NCBI GenBank assembly: GCA_035458505.1
Contig: DATHZS010000050.1
Location: 6,173 to 70,172, forward strand
DNA from: Anaerolineales bacterium
Lineage (GTDB): Bacteria; Chloroflexota; Anaerolineae; Anaerolineales; UBA11579
Direction of reading: 5' to 3'
DNA: 64,000 nucleotides
Shown here: positions 35,233 to 43,632 of the stretch, one piece after another
How positions within the stretch are numbered: the stretch's first letter is position 1
Layout: every line of letters begins with the position of its first letter
Notes under the pieces: model-generated
What the model saw: only the letters and a program-made list of their open reading frames with translations
Database searches by the model: none
Told to the model about the DNA's origin: nothing
Translations under genes and position numbers: made by a program

Positions 35233-36039
35233 CTATTTGGTCTCTTTTCTTCCCAGAATGGTGGAAAAATTAATTCTGCCCATCAATACGTATTGTAGTA
35301 AGCTGACCACGTTGCTCGCAACGAAGTAGATGGCCAATCCGGCAGAATAGCTGTAAGACAGCCAGGCCATCAGTACAGGAATATACAGGGTCATCATCCG
35401 GCCCATCGCAGCGCCCTGATCGTTCGGATTTGTAGAGGTTGGGGTGGTCCATTTCGATTGGAAATAGGATGTGACAAATACGATGACCGCCAGGACGGGG
35501 ATACCAAATTCACCTAGACCCCAGCTTTCCGGCAGAATGCGGGATAAACCGTACCAACGTTCCGGCTGGCTCAAGTCCATCCATAAGAATTGGCTGTTCA
35601 GTGGGAGCAAGCCGGAGGCATTGCTCAGGCTGATATCAGGGATCAGGTCGATGAGTTGGATCGGGCTGGTGGCCAGTGCTTTGGTCACGGACCAGTAAAG
35701 GCCGATGATGATCGGGAACTGGAGCAGTGTAGGCAAGCAGGACCCGAGCGGGTTGATCCCGAGTTCCTGGTACAGTTTCATTTGCTCCTGGGCAAATTTT
35801 TCCCGGTCGATCTTGCCTTCTTTTTGCTTCTTCTGCAATTTTTTGTACTCAGGATTCTCGTTGAGTTTCTGCATGTTCTTCGACATCTCAAGCTGAGATT
35901 TTGTCAGAGGGAACAAAGCAATCCGGATGACGAGGGTAAAAATGATGATTGCCCAACCGAAGTCATTGACTCCGTTCCCGAGAAAGTCATAAATAAACAG
36001 AAGGATGTTGACAAACGGGGTGATTATAAAATCTAACAT
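35233..36039 (-). CDS. yidC: Membrane protein insertase YidC (short, monoderm type)
   Basis: 268 aa. WAIIIFTLVIRIALFPLT...QELGINPLGSCLPTLLQFPI matches the 60-kDa inner-membrane-insertase core. Confidence 0.9.
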   Translation of the reverse strand: MLDFIITPFVNILLFIYDFLGNGVNDFGWAIIIFTLVIRIALFPLTKSQLEMSKNMQKLNENPEYKKLQKKQKEGKIDREKFAQEQMKLYQELGINPLGSCLPTLLQFPIIIGLYWSVTKALATSPIQLIDLIPDISLSNASGLLPLNSQFLWMDLSQPERWYGLSRILPESWGLGEFGIPVLAVIVFVTSYFQSKWTTPTSTNPNDQGAAMGRMMTLYIPVLMAWLSYSYSAGLAIYFVASNVVSLLQYVLMGRINFSTILGRKETK

Positions 36040-36054
36040 AGGCTGTTGTCCTAA

Positions 36055-37152
36055 TTAATTTTCTGGCGTGAACTGCCAGAGGGATTCAAGTTTGGAGTTG
36101 AAGGCAAAAACAATCGAATCGCTCCCCACTGCACTGACCAGGATCAGATCTTCGCCTGCGACCAGGGGTGTGCCATGAAACTCGATTGGATTATCCTCAT
36201 CTCCAAATTCTTCTTTCCAGAGCCGATCGCCATCTGTGTCGTATGAAGCGATTGTTCCGCTGCGTGTGGCAACGTAAATCGCATCATTCAAAAAGAGGGC
36301 AGACCCGGTGATGGCGCTGCCAGCCTGGACCTGTTTTTCCCAAATCAGGCTGCCATCGGTGATGTCAATCGCGTACAGGTTTGCATTCAAATCGGTGGCA
36401 TACAGGGTGTTATTCGGACCGAATGACGGGCTTCCCCACACCCAGCCTTCGGTTGCCGTTTCCCAAACTACCGAACCATTGCTGCTGTCTATTGCCATGA
36501 TTTTGCTGCCGAATGAACCAACATACAGGATGCCGTTCTCATCAATGATCGGGCTGTTGACTGCGGATGCGCCCAGATCGACGCGCCAGATTTCATTGCC
36601 GGTTTCGATATTGACGGCATAGAGGAAGTGGTCCTGTGAGGCCAGATAGAGCCGGTTATCCTCGATGAGCGGCTTTGCCCAGATGGCTGCCTCGGTCACA
36701 AAATTCCATGGGGAGTCCCCGTCAGGTGTGACGGCATACAGCACGCCATTGGAATTTGGATAGTAGATCAGTCCATTGGCGACTTCCGGTTTGGCAATCC
36801 AGCGATTTTTGGTCGAATTGAAGAATTCCTTCACGGCTCCGCTGTCGAGGTCAATCTCATATACCTTGTTATCGTAACTGCCAGCCAGGAGAGTATCCTC
36901 ATCCAGCAGGAGAGGGGCATGGAAGAACGTTGCTCCCCGGGGTGGTTCGGCGGGGTATGCATCGAGCTGGTCGCCGTCATCGGTCAGGTCGATGTGGTAG
37001 ATCGCCTGGTTGTAGGCAACATAGGCCGTATCACCATCAATTGTGATCCCCGGCCAACTGCCTGCGATCATGCCGCTTCCGCTGCAGCCGGAGATCAGTA
37101 AGCTGAGAAAGATCAGCATTATTGTGAGTACTAGGGTTTTGGTTTTGGTCAT
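36055..37152 (-). CDS. PQQ-like (BamB-type) beta-propeller repeat lipoprotein
   Basis: I chose the start at MTKTKTLVLTIMLIFLSLLISGCSG (signal peptide plus lipobox). Repeated LYA(V/I).....G...W motifs (YAVNIETGNEIWRV, MAIDSSNGSVVWE, YAIDITDGSLIWE) are typical of PQQ_2 propellers. The listed ORF (to 37305) would overlap yidD. Confidence 0.75.
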   Translation of the reverse strand: MTKTKTLVLTIMLIFLSLLISGCSGSGMIAGSWPGITIDGDTAYVAYNQAIYHIDLTDDGDQLDAYPAEPPRGATFFHAPLLLDEDTLLAGSYDNKVYEIDLDSGAVKEFFNSTKNRWIAKPEVANGLIYYPNSNGVLYAVTPDGDSPWNFVTEAAIWAKPLIEDNRLYLASQDHFLYAVNIETGNEIWRVDLGASAVNSPIIDENGILYVGSFGSKIMAIDSSNGSVVWETATEGWVWGSPSFGPNNTLYATDLNANLYAIDITDGSLIWEKQVQAGSAITGSALFLNDAIYVATRSGTIASYDTDGDRLWKEEFGDEDNPIEFHGTPLVAGEDLILVSAVGSDSIVFAFNSKLESLWQFTPEN

Positions 37153-37192
37153 ATTTTTATCTCTTGGTTTCCTAAATTTTTTTGATCCTGTC

Positions 37193-37504
37193 TCATGGGA
37201 CCGGATCGTACCCGCCTTTGCTGAAAGGATTGCAGCGCAGGACGCGGGTGAATGCCATCCATCCGCCTTTGAACGCACCATATTTGTAGATCGCCTGGTA
37301 ACCATAATGGGAACAGGTGGGGTAAAAACGGCAGGTATCTGCAGGTAATGTCTTTGAGACAGTTTTCTGATACAGGCGGATTAGGGCGAGCAAGGGGAAT
37401 CTGGCTAGATTCTTAAAATTAAACGGAAGATCCTTGAGAGAAGGAGAATGGTGTTCATGGATTTCCGGTTTTTTCGGTTCACTAAGCATTGGGTTAATGG
37501 TCAT
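37193..37504 (-). CDS. yidD: Membrane protein insertion efficiency factor YidD
   Basis: [54 protein letters not shown] is the YidD signature. The start overlaps the rnpA stop (ATGA). Confidence 0.85.
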   Translation of the reverse strand: MTINPMLSEPKKPEIHEHHSPSLKDLPFNFKNLARFPLLALIRLYQKTVSKTLPADTCRFYPTCSHYGYQAIYKYGAFKGGWMAFTRVLRCNPFSKGGYDPVP

Positions 37505-37845
37505 TGCTGTTTATTCAAAAGGTCTGCCCGGGTGAGCAGCTTTGCCAGGATCTGGTCAAGGTCGGAGCTGTTAGCCTGATGGATGCTGTGTCTGGCAATC
37601 AGGACGCAATCGTGCCCTGGCCTGATGTGAGGAAGGTGTACCTGTATCGCAGCCCTAAGGATTCGCTTCGCCCGGTTACGGGCAACAGCATTGCCAACAG
37701 ATTTACCAGCGGCAATGCCGAAACGGATGTCTTCGTTCTCTGTGGGCAGGTACAGCAAAACAACAAACGGGTGGGCAATGGCTTTGCCAAAGCGCCGCAC
37801 CCGTTGAAAGTCCGCTGACTTTTTGAGGCGAAACCGCTTGTTCAC
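37501..37845 (-). CDS. rnpA: Ribonuclease P protein component
   Basis: 114 aa. [11 protein letters not shown]...[18 protein letters not shown] is the RNR motif. Confidence 0.85.
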   Translation of the reverse strand: MNKRFRLKKSADFQRVRRFGKAIAHPFVVLLYLPTENEDIRFGIAAGKSVGNAVARNRAKRILRAAIQVHLPHIRPGHDCVLIARHSIHQANSSDLDQILAKLLTRADLLNKQQ

Positions 37846-37898
37846 CGATCACAAATAAGCACAGATACAACCCGAGATCCAGGCCTTAACAGGACTGG

Positions 37899-38075
37899 TT
37901 AACTGTTCCAGTTCGTTTTCTTAACGTGGTTGTTCATCAGGGTGGACAGCCTCTTGCGGCCTTTCGCCCGGCGGCGTCTGAGGACATCTCGTCCTCCACG
38001 GGTTTGCATACGGGCACGGAACCCATGAACACGCACACGTCGACGTTTTTTTGGTTGGTATGTTCTTTTCGGCAT
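37899..38075 (-). CDS. rpmH: 50S ribosomal protein L34 (58 aa, C-terminally extended; below ORF-track cutoff)
   Basis: My translation: [58 protein letters not shown]. The first ~45 aa are canonical L34. Confidence 0.85.
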   Translation of the reverse strand: MPKRTYQPKKRRRVRVHGFRARMQTRGGRDVLRRRRAKGRKRLSTLMNNHVKKTNWNS

Positions 38076-38134
38076 TTTATCCTCGTTCTATTAAATGATA
38101 ATTGCACGCACTTAGTTTGTCTAAGCGCCGAGAG

Positions 38135-38163
38135 ATTATACCGTACCACGTTAGATTGGTCAA
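38135..38163 (-). promoter_or_regulatory. Promoter of rpmH operon
   Basis: On the minus strand: TTGACC (38163-38158), 17-nt spacer, TATAAT (38140-38135). Confidence 0.5.
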
Positions 38164-38391
38164 TCAAGTTTTCTTCAATTCGGGCAGCAATATTGCGGTT
38201 CTCCATCAAGGGTGGCTGTTGCAGTTACTCATTCAATCGGGATTTTTCAATTCCCGCGTTTTCTCTTACGGGTGATCGTTCTTTCCTTAAAATACCATTG
38301 CCTTGATGATCCTCTCCGGAAAGAGGGGAACCCCATCAATCGCGGTCTTTAAATTCTCTCGCCTGGGGATAAAAATCATGCTTTGGATTCA

Positions 38392-38420
38392 TTGACAGTC
38401 CCGCTCAAGCTCGATATAAT
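38392..38420 (+). promoter_or_regulatory. Perfect consensus sigma-70 promoter of rplU-rpmA-rpmE
   Basis: TTGACA (38392-38397), 17-nt spacer, TATAAT (38415-38420). Confidence 0.6.
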
Positions 38421-38423
38421 AGC

Positions 38424-38533
38424 TCCCGCGAATTGCCCCGGCGACCAGGCTGGGGCAGTGTATTGTAATTATCAATCTAAATCCCCAACTTCCCCGTCCA
38501 CCGGCGGGTGCTGAACAGCACTCTCACGCGGGA
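38424..38533 (+). promoter_or_regulatory. Candidate structured 5' leader of rplU (ribosomal-protein autoregulatory leader?)
   Basis: Closing helix TCCCGCG (38424-30) / CGCGGGA (38527-33) encloses three hairpins. They are TGCCCC...GGGGCA (38334+100 region, 38434-38457), CCCGTC-cacc-GGCGGG (38493-38508) and GTGCTG-aa-CAGCAC (38508-38521). All pairings were found by eye only. Confidence 0.35.
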
Positions 38534-38563
38534 TGAACGGTGAAGTGAAGATTGGAGGAAAAA

Positions 38564-39121
38564 ATGAAGTATGCGATTGTCGAAAGTGGCGGCAAGCAGT
38601 ATAAAGCCGTCGAAGGAGCTACGATTGATGTGGATCTCCTGCCCCTGGAAGTGGGTAAAACACTGGACCTGAGCGATGTGCTCCTGATCTCTGATGAAGA
38701 TACCATCCTCATCGGGACGCCGACCGTAGAAGGTGCCAAGATCTCTGCAACGGTCGTGGCACAGATCAAAGCCCCGAAGGTCATCGTTTTCAAGTATAAG
38801 TCCCGTCAGCGCTACCGTGTCAAACAGGGTCATCGTCAGAAGTACACCCGTCTGGCCGTAGACGAGATCGCCTATAAAGGCAGCAAGAAGGCAGCGGCGC
38901 CCGCCAAGGCTGAAGACTCACCTGAAGCCAAAGCTGAGCCGAAACCAAAAGCTGCTCCCAAAACAAAGACAAAGACCAAAACAAAGACAAAGACCAAAAC
39001 AAAGACGAAGACCAAAACAAAGACTCAGGCGAAAACGAAAACAGCCAGTAAAACTGCAGCCAAAACCAAAACAAGCACCAAAAAAGCTGCACCCAAAAAG
39101 TCAACCAAAAAGTCGGATTAG
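38564..39121 (+). CDS. rplU: 50S ribosomal protein L21 with ~80-aa Lys/Thr/Ala-rich C-terminal tail
   Basis: MKYAIVESGGKQYKAVEG...VVAQIKAPKVIVFKYKSRQRYRVKQGHRQKYTRL is canonical L21. The tail is ...PKTKTKTKTKTKTKTKTKTKTQAKTKTASKTAAKTKTSTKKAAPKKSTKKSD. The start is ATG 38564, 5 nt after GGAGG. Confidence 0.9.
   Translation: MKYAIVESGGKQYKAVEGATIDVDLLPLEVGKTLDLSDVLLISDEDTILIGTPTVEGAKISATVVAQIKAPKVIVFKYKSRQRYRVKQGHRQKYTRLAVDEIAYKGSKKAAAPAKAEDSPEAKAEPKPKAAPKTKTKTKTKTKTKTKTKTKTKTQAKTKTASKTAAKTKTSTKKAAPKKSTKKSD
38960..39027 (+). repeat. 18-bp tandem repeat (about 3.8 copies) inside the rplU tail
   Basis: AAAACAAAGACAAAGACC occurs twice exactly (38960-38977, 38978-38995). A third copy has 1 substitution (38996-39013), followed by a partial copy. 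Confidence 0.9.
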
Positions 39122-39153
39122 TCCACGGCTTTTATCAGGAATGAGAGGTAGTC

Positions 39154-39423
39154 ATGGCTCATAAAAAAGGTGGCGGTTCATCCCGCAACGGTAGAGATAG
39201 CAAATCAAAACGCCTAGGCGTAAAAAGATACGCCGGTGAATTTGTACTGTCCGGCAACATTCTGGTCCGCCAGCGCGGCACTAAAATTTATCCGGGAACC
39301 AACGTTGGTATGGGTCGAGATCATACATTGTTTGCGACCACCAATGGTGTGGTAGTTTACGAAGATATCCGGGGCGGCAAAAAGAGCGTTCGGGTGGAGC
39401 CAGTGGCTTCATCCGGCGACTGA
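39154..39423 (+). CDS. rpmA: 50S ribosomal protein L27
   Basis: [48 protein letters not shown] is canonical L27. There is no N-terminal propeptide. Confidence 0.95.
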   Translation: MAHKKGGGSSRNGRDSKSKRLGVKRYAGEFVLSGNILVRQRGTKIYPGTNVGMGRDHTLFATTNGVVVYEDIRGGKKSVRVEPVASSGD

Positions 39424-39458
39424 TGCCGGTCTGGTGCATAGATAAGAGGTAATTGAAG

Positions 39459-39923
39459 ATGAAGAAAGATATTCATCCGACTTATTTTCCTGAGGCGCGC
39501 GTGATTTGTGCCTGTGGTGAAACCTGGACAGTTGGATCCACCCAGGAAGAAATTCGCGTCGATATTTGTTCAGCCTGTCACCCATTTTTTACCGGTGAGC
39601 AGCGCATTGTGGACACTGAAGGTCAGGTTGACCGCTTCTACAAGCGGTTGGAAGCTCGCCAGCGTTATGTCAGCGAGCAGGAAGAGCGCGAAGCATCCAA
39701 GACATCCCCCGACCGGGCGTTGAAAGAATTTGAGGTCAGCGCACGGGCAACCAAAATGTTGGTGGATGCAGGTATCCAAACCGCAGGCGACCTGATTGCC
39801 AAACTGCAAGAAGGCGGCGATGAGGCTGTTTTAGCGATTGATGGTTTTGGACGCAAATCCCTGGCCGATTTCAAAAAATCCATGCGCCGCATGGGGTACG
39901 AACTTCCTGAAGATCAGGAATAA
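39459..39923 (+). CDS. rpmE: 50S ribosomal protein L31 fused to a C-terminal helix-hairpin-helix domain resembling the RNAP alpha C-terminal domain
   Basis: [63 protein letters not shown] is L31. An 86-aa extension follows, containing [62 protein letters not shown]. Confidence 0.85.
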   Translation: MKKDIHPTYFPEARVICACGETWTVGSTQEEIRVDICSACHPFFTGEQRIVDTEGQVDRFYKRLEARQRYVSEQEEREASKTSPDRALKEFEVSARATKMLVDAGIQTAGDLIAKLQEGGDEAVLAIDGFGRKSLADFKKSMRRMGYELPEDQE

Positions 39924-39947
39924 GTCTGTAATCAAAATAGTTTCCTA

Positions 39948-39974
39948 AAACGCCCGCTTGCCGGGCGTTTTTTG
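39948..39974 (+). terminator. Rho-independent terminator of the rplU-rpmA-rpmE operon
   Basis: Stem AAACGCCCG / CGGGCGTTT, 5-nt loop, then a T-run. Confidence 0.75.
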
Positions 39975-40220
39975 GTTCCTGAAGAAAATGACGAAGGCGG
40001 CTGGATGGGTTCGACAGGAACTTTTCCCATCAGCAGGCCGATTGTGGATGCAATCAGACTGCGTTGCTTGTCATCCCCATCAACATCAAGTAAACTTTGG
40101 TATATGCCCCACTGAAAACAGGGCAGCTTGAGTTTCCATGCCGGTGGCCCTGGTAACTGTCCATTGCGTAGTGGTTCTCAGATTCCTTTTATTATTCCAG
40201 CAATCAAGAGAGAGGTATGC

Positions 40221-40793
40221 ATGTCTGATCAGAAAGGTGTAGTCGAAATTATTACTGGTTCTATGTTCTGTGGAAAGACGGACGAAATGATTCGCCGCTT
40301 ACGGAGAGCGGCAATCGCCCGGCAGAAGGTTCAGGTGTTCAAGCCGGCCATCGATATCCGGTACGATGAAGTTAAAGTCGTCTCGCATGCCGGGAGCCAG
40401 TTCGATGCTACTCCAATCACATCATCGGATGATATCCGCGCCAATCTGGATGAGAATACTACCGTGGTCGCCATTGATGAGGCGCAATTTATTGATGACG
40501 GAATTGTTGATCTGGTCAATGAATTGGCGGAAAAAGGGCTTCGGGTGATTGTAGGCGGGCTTGACCTCGATTTCAGGGGAGAACCATTTGGGTCTATGCC
40601 GGTGCTGATCTCCCAGGCGGAACATGTCGATAAGCTGCATGCAATTTGTATGGTATGCGGTAAAGACGCCTCTCGCACGCAGCGGCTGGTCAACGGACAA
40701 CCAGCAAATTATCACGATCCGGTGGTCATCGTCGGAGCGGATGAAATGTACGAGGCGCGCTGCCGGAAATGCCACCAGGTGCCGGGCCGTTGA
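40221..40793 (+). CDS. tdk: Thymidine kinase
   Basis: [12 protein letters not shown] (P-loop), VAIDEAQF and the zinc ribbon C..CG...R.C..CH are present. I chose the start at ATG 40221 (MSDQKG). The listed ORF starts at 40128. Confidence 0.9.
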   Translation: MSDQKGVVEIITGSMFCGKTDEMIRRLRRAAIARQKVQVFKPAIDIRYDEVKVVSHAGSQFDATPITSSDDIRANLDENTTVVAIDEAQFIDDGIVDLVNELAEKGLRVIVGGLDLDFRGEPFGSMPVLISQAEHVDKLHAICMVCGKDASRTQRLVNGQPANYHDPVVIVGADEMYEARCRKCHQVPGR

Positions 40794-40805
40794 GGAGGTT
40801 CGATC

Positions 40806-41369
40806 ATGTATAAGGAGTACACGCAATTTTTGGAAGAGGTGTTGATTACCGAAGCACAGCTCCAGGAGAGGATCGCCGAGCTGGGCAAGCAGATCACAAA
40901 GGATTATGCCGGAGAAGATCTTTTGCTGGTCTGTGTGTTGCGGGGCGGGGTCATGTTCCTCACAGATCTGATGCGGAACCTGGACCTGCCGCATATGATC
41001 GACTTTATGGCGCTCTCTTCTTATGGTGTGGGAGCTCGGAAAACTTCGGGAAAGGTGCGCATCACGATGGACCTGACAATGGATATTTTTGGCCGCAACG
41101 TACTCGTGGTGGAAGATATCGTCGACAGCGGGCATACCATGGCGTCCCTGCTGGAGGTGCTCTCTACCCGCCAGCCGAAAACTCTGAAAATCTGCACTTT
41201 GCTGGACAAGGCTTCCCGCAGAGAGGTGGATATTCAATTAGATTATGTTGGATTTAACATTGAAGACAAATTTGTCTTTGGCTACGGCCTGGACCTGGAT
41301 GAATATTATCGCGACCTGCCATTTGTGGGGGTAGTAGATCTGAATGCTTTCACACCGAATGAAGATTGA
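40806..41369 (+). CDS. hpt: Hypoxanthine phosphoribosyltransferase
   Basis: The PRPP motif VLVVEDIVDSGHT is present, and KICTLLDK is present. Confidence 0.9.
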   Translation: MYKEYTQFLEEVLITEAQLQERIAELGKQITKDYAGEDLLLVCVLRGGVMFLTDLMRNLDLPHMIDFMALSSYGVGARKTSGKVRITMDLTMDIFGRNVLVVEDIVDSGHTMASLLEVLSTRQPKTLKICTLLDKASRREVDIQLDYVGFNIEDKFVFGYGLDLDEYYRDLPFVGVVDLNAFTPNED

Positions 41370-41407
41370 CAGATCGGGTTTGTAATTATTTAGAGAGTGG
41401 AGTCACT

Positions 41408-42910
41408 GTGAGCATCAAGAGTGGATTTTCTTCGCTGGTGGATCGTGTAACTGGCGTGCTGGAGACAATCTCCGTAGATCCCCGCACCGTTTATCTGGTG
41501 GGTGGATCTGTGCGCGATGCTCTATTGAAATTCCCCTCCCATGACCTGGATTTTGTGTTGGAAAAGGACGCCCTGCGGACTGCCCGGAAAGTGGCAAATG
41601 CCCTGGGGGGTGCCTATTACACCATGGATGAAGATTTTCAGGTCGGTCGGGTGGTGCTGGAAGATGCTGAAGGGGTCCGGCAGGTGCTGGATTTTGCCGC
41701 CTTGCAGAAAGCAGACCTTGAGGGAGATCTGCGCAACAGAGATTTCACCATCAATGCCATCGCCGTGGCTTTGAATGATCCGGGAACCCTGATCGACCCT
41801 CTTGGCGGTGTCGAAGACCTGCTGAAGAAGCGGTTGCGGGTATGCTCCCCGGACTCTCTGAACCAGGACCCGGTGAGAGTAATTCGGGCAGTCCGCATGT
41901 CCACCAGCTACAAGCTCGCCATTTTGCCGGAAACCCGCAGCCTGATCGAGCCTGCGGTACAGCGATTAGGAAAAGTCTCGGTTGAGCGCGTGCGCGATGA
42001 ATTCCTAAAAGTGCTTGACGCGCCGAAACCGGTGGTCAGCCTGCGGATGCTGGATTTGTTCGGTGTCATGGAACACATTCTCCCGCAGGTTGCTGAGATG
42101 AAGGGTGTCACCCAATCAGCACCTCACATCTATGATGTCTGGGAACACTCCCTGCATACGGTTGGAGCGATGGAGAAGATTCTAAAGCTGCTGGATGAGT
42201 CATACGTCCATGAGAACGAGTTTGGGGGAGACCTTTTGAGCGGTCTGCTTTCCCAGCGGTTAGGCCGCTACCGCAAAGAAATCAGTGCCCACCTGAACAC
42301 TGCACTGGTCGCCGACCGGCCTTACCGCCCGGTTTTATTCCTGGCTGCCCTGTGTCACGACTTCACCAAGCCGCGCCACCGTACCGTAGAAGACTCGGGG
42401 CGGATCCGGTTTATCGGCCATGAAACCAGTGGGGCGGAGGAGATCTCCAAACAGGGGTCGGCAATGCGCCTGAGCCGAACAGAGATCCACCGGATCTCGC
42501 TCATTGTTCAAAACCATATGCGTCCCTGGCAGTTAGCCAAGCAACCAGAACCGCCTTCACGGAAAGCGGTGTACCGCTTCTGGCGGGATACTGGCCCGGC
42601 CGGGGTGGATATTGTACTCCTGGCCCTGGCCGACCTGGTCGGGGTTTATGGACATACCCTTCCCCAGGATGTGCTGCAAAAGCATCTGGATATTGCCCGC
42701 ACTATGCTCGAGGCGTATTGGGAAACACCTCGACAGGTTACTCCGGATTTGCTGCTGAACGGCAGCGAGATGATGGACGTATTCCAGCTTGAGCCTGGAC
42801 CAAAAATTGGCGAGCTCCTGGAGGTCTTACGCGAAGCGCAGGCTGTGGGAGCCGTGGAGACACGTGAACAGGCCATCCGATTCCTCACTGATACCCTGGC
42901 TGATTCTTAG
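41408..42910 (+). CDS. cca: CCA-adding tRNA nucleotidyltransferase / poly(A) polymerase family protein with HD domain
   Basis: The head domain is YLVGGSVRDALL...DLDF...RDFTINA. The HD region is LCHDFTKP. I chose GTG 41408, 7 nt after GGAG. The listed TTG 41366 overlaps the hpt stop and is also possible. Confidence 0.8.
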   Translation: MSIKSGFSSLVDRVTGVLETISVDPRTVYLVGGSVRDALLKFPSHDLDFVLEKDALRTARKVANALGGAYYTMDEDFQVGRVVLEDAEGVRQVLDFAALQKADLEGDLRNRDFTINAIAVALNDPGTLIDPLGGVEDLLKKRLRVCSPDSLNQDPVRVIRAVRMSTSYKLAILPETRSLIEPAVQRLGKVSVERVRDEFLKVLDAPKPVVSLRMLDLFGVMEHILPQVAEMKGVTQSAPHIYDVWEHSLHTVGAMEKILKLLDESYVHENEFGGDLLSGLLSQRLGRYRKEISAHLNTALVADRPYRPVLFLAALCHDFTKPRHRTVEDSGRIRFIGHETSGAEEISKQGSAMRLSRTEIHRISLIVQNHMRPWQLAKQPEPPSRKAVYRFWRDTGPAGVDIVLLALADLVGVYGHTLPQDVLQKHLDIARTMLEAYWETPRQVTPDLLLNGSEMMDVFQLEPGPKIGELLEVLREAQAVGAVETREQAIRFLTDTLADS

Positions 42911-42987
42911 GGGTTAAATTTCCGCAGGAACCCGTCAGGGTGTTTCATCGTTATAAAGCTAGAAAAAAATTTCAGAGAGAGTAGTGA

Positions 42988-43566
42988 ATGAATTCAAAGC
43001 AAAGATCGATAGTCGCCTTACTTACGGCCGGAATATTTCTGACTGCTTGTGGAGGGCTCAGTGCTAACCAGGAGCCCGACCAGAATGCAGTGAATGGTGC
43101 TGCAGAAAACAATCTGGAGAATGAATCTCTTAGCGCTGAAGACAATGGTGCTCCTTCGGATCAGGGTCAGGCAGAAGAACCGCCAGCGAGTGCTGAGAGT
43201 TTGGCAGCCGAAACCTGGGTGCTGACCAGCTACGGCAGCCCGGATCAACCTCAGGCCATCCTGGAAGGAGTGGTAATCTCACTCGAGTATCAACCCATCC
43301 AGGGACGTTTGGGAGGCACGGCAGGCTGCAACAGCTATTTCGGTGGGGTCACGATTGACGAAGACCAGCAGTTGTTTTCGATTGGAACGATCGGGATGAC
43401 CCGTAAGGCGTGCGCTGAGCCGATCATGGAGCAGGAATCAGCTTTTATCCGCATGCTCGAAAAAGTGACCCGCTATGCCATTTTGGATGGAAACTTGTTC
43501 CTTTACACGGGGAGCGGAGAGGTGCTGACTTTTGTTCCCGGAGAAGTGCCCTCCGGAAGACAATAA
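42988..43566 (+). CDS. META (HslJ-like) domain lipoprotein
   Basis: The signal peptide plus lipobox is LTACGG. WVLTSYG...GGTAGCNSYFGG...MTRKAC...E..F...L is typical of the META domain. Confidence 0.8.
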   Translation: MNSKQRSIVALLTAGIFLTACGGLSANQEPDQNAVNGAAENNLENESLSAEDNGAPSDQGQAEEPPASAESLAAETWVLTSYGSPDQPQAILEGVVISLEYQPIQGRLGGTAGCNSYFGGVTIDEDQQLFSIGTIGMTRKACAEPIMEQESAFIRMLEKVTRYAILDGNLFLYTGSGEVLTFVPGEVPSGRQ

Positions 43567-43597
43567 CCGGAATACCCCCAAGACTTCCCCAAATTCG

Positions 43598-43632
43598 AAC
43601 CGCCCGTACAAGGCCTTGTACGGGCGGTTTTT
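43598..43632. terminator. Bidirectional terminator between META gene and xseB
   Basis: 32-nt perfect palindrome AACCGCCCGTACAAGG/CCTTGTACGGGCGGTT, followed by TTTTT. Confidence 0.7.

Noticed and set aside
38940-39060. The regular KT-repeat DNA as a possible CRISPR or other non-coding repeat array
   Set aside because: The repeat unit is only 18 bp with no spacers, lies in-frame within rplU, and keeps the reading frame (6 codons per unit). It is a coding tandem repeat.
40000-40035. tRNA-like GGGTTCGA motif (ggatgggttcgacaggaac)
   Set aside because: No complementary T-stem 3' arm, no acceptor stem pairing and no anticodon arm could be drawn. I found no tRNA elsewhere in the window either.
40422-41237. 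271-aa minus-strand ORF spanning tdk and hpt
   Set aside because: It crosses the boundary of two unambiguous + strand genes (thymidine kinase, HPRT). The translation is His/Arg/Gln-rich without motifs.
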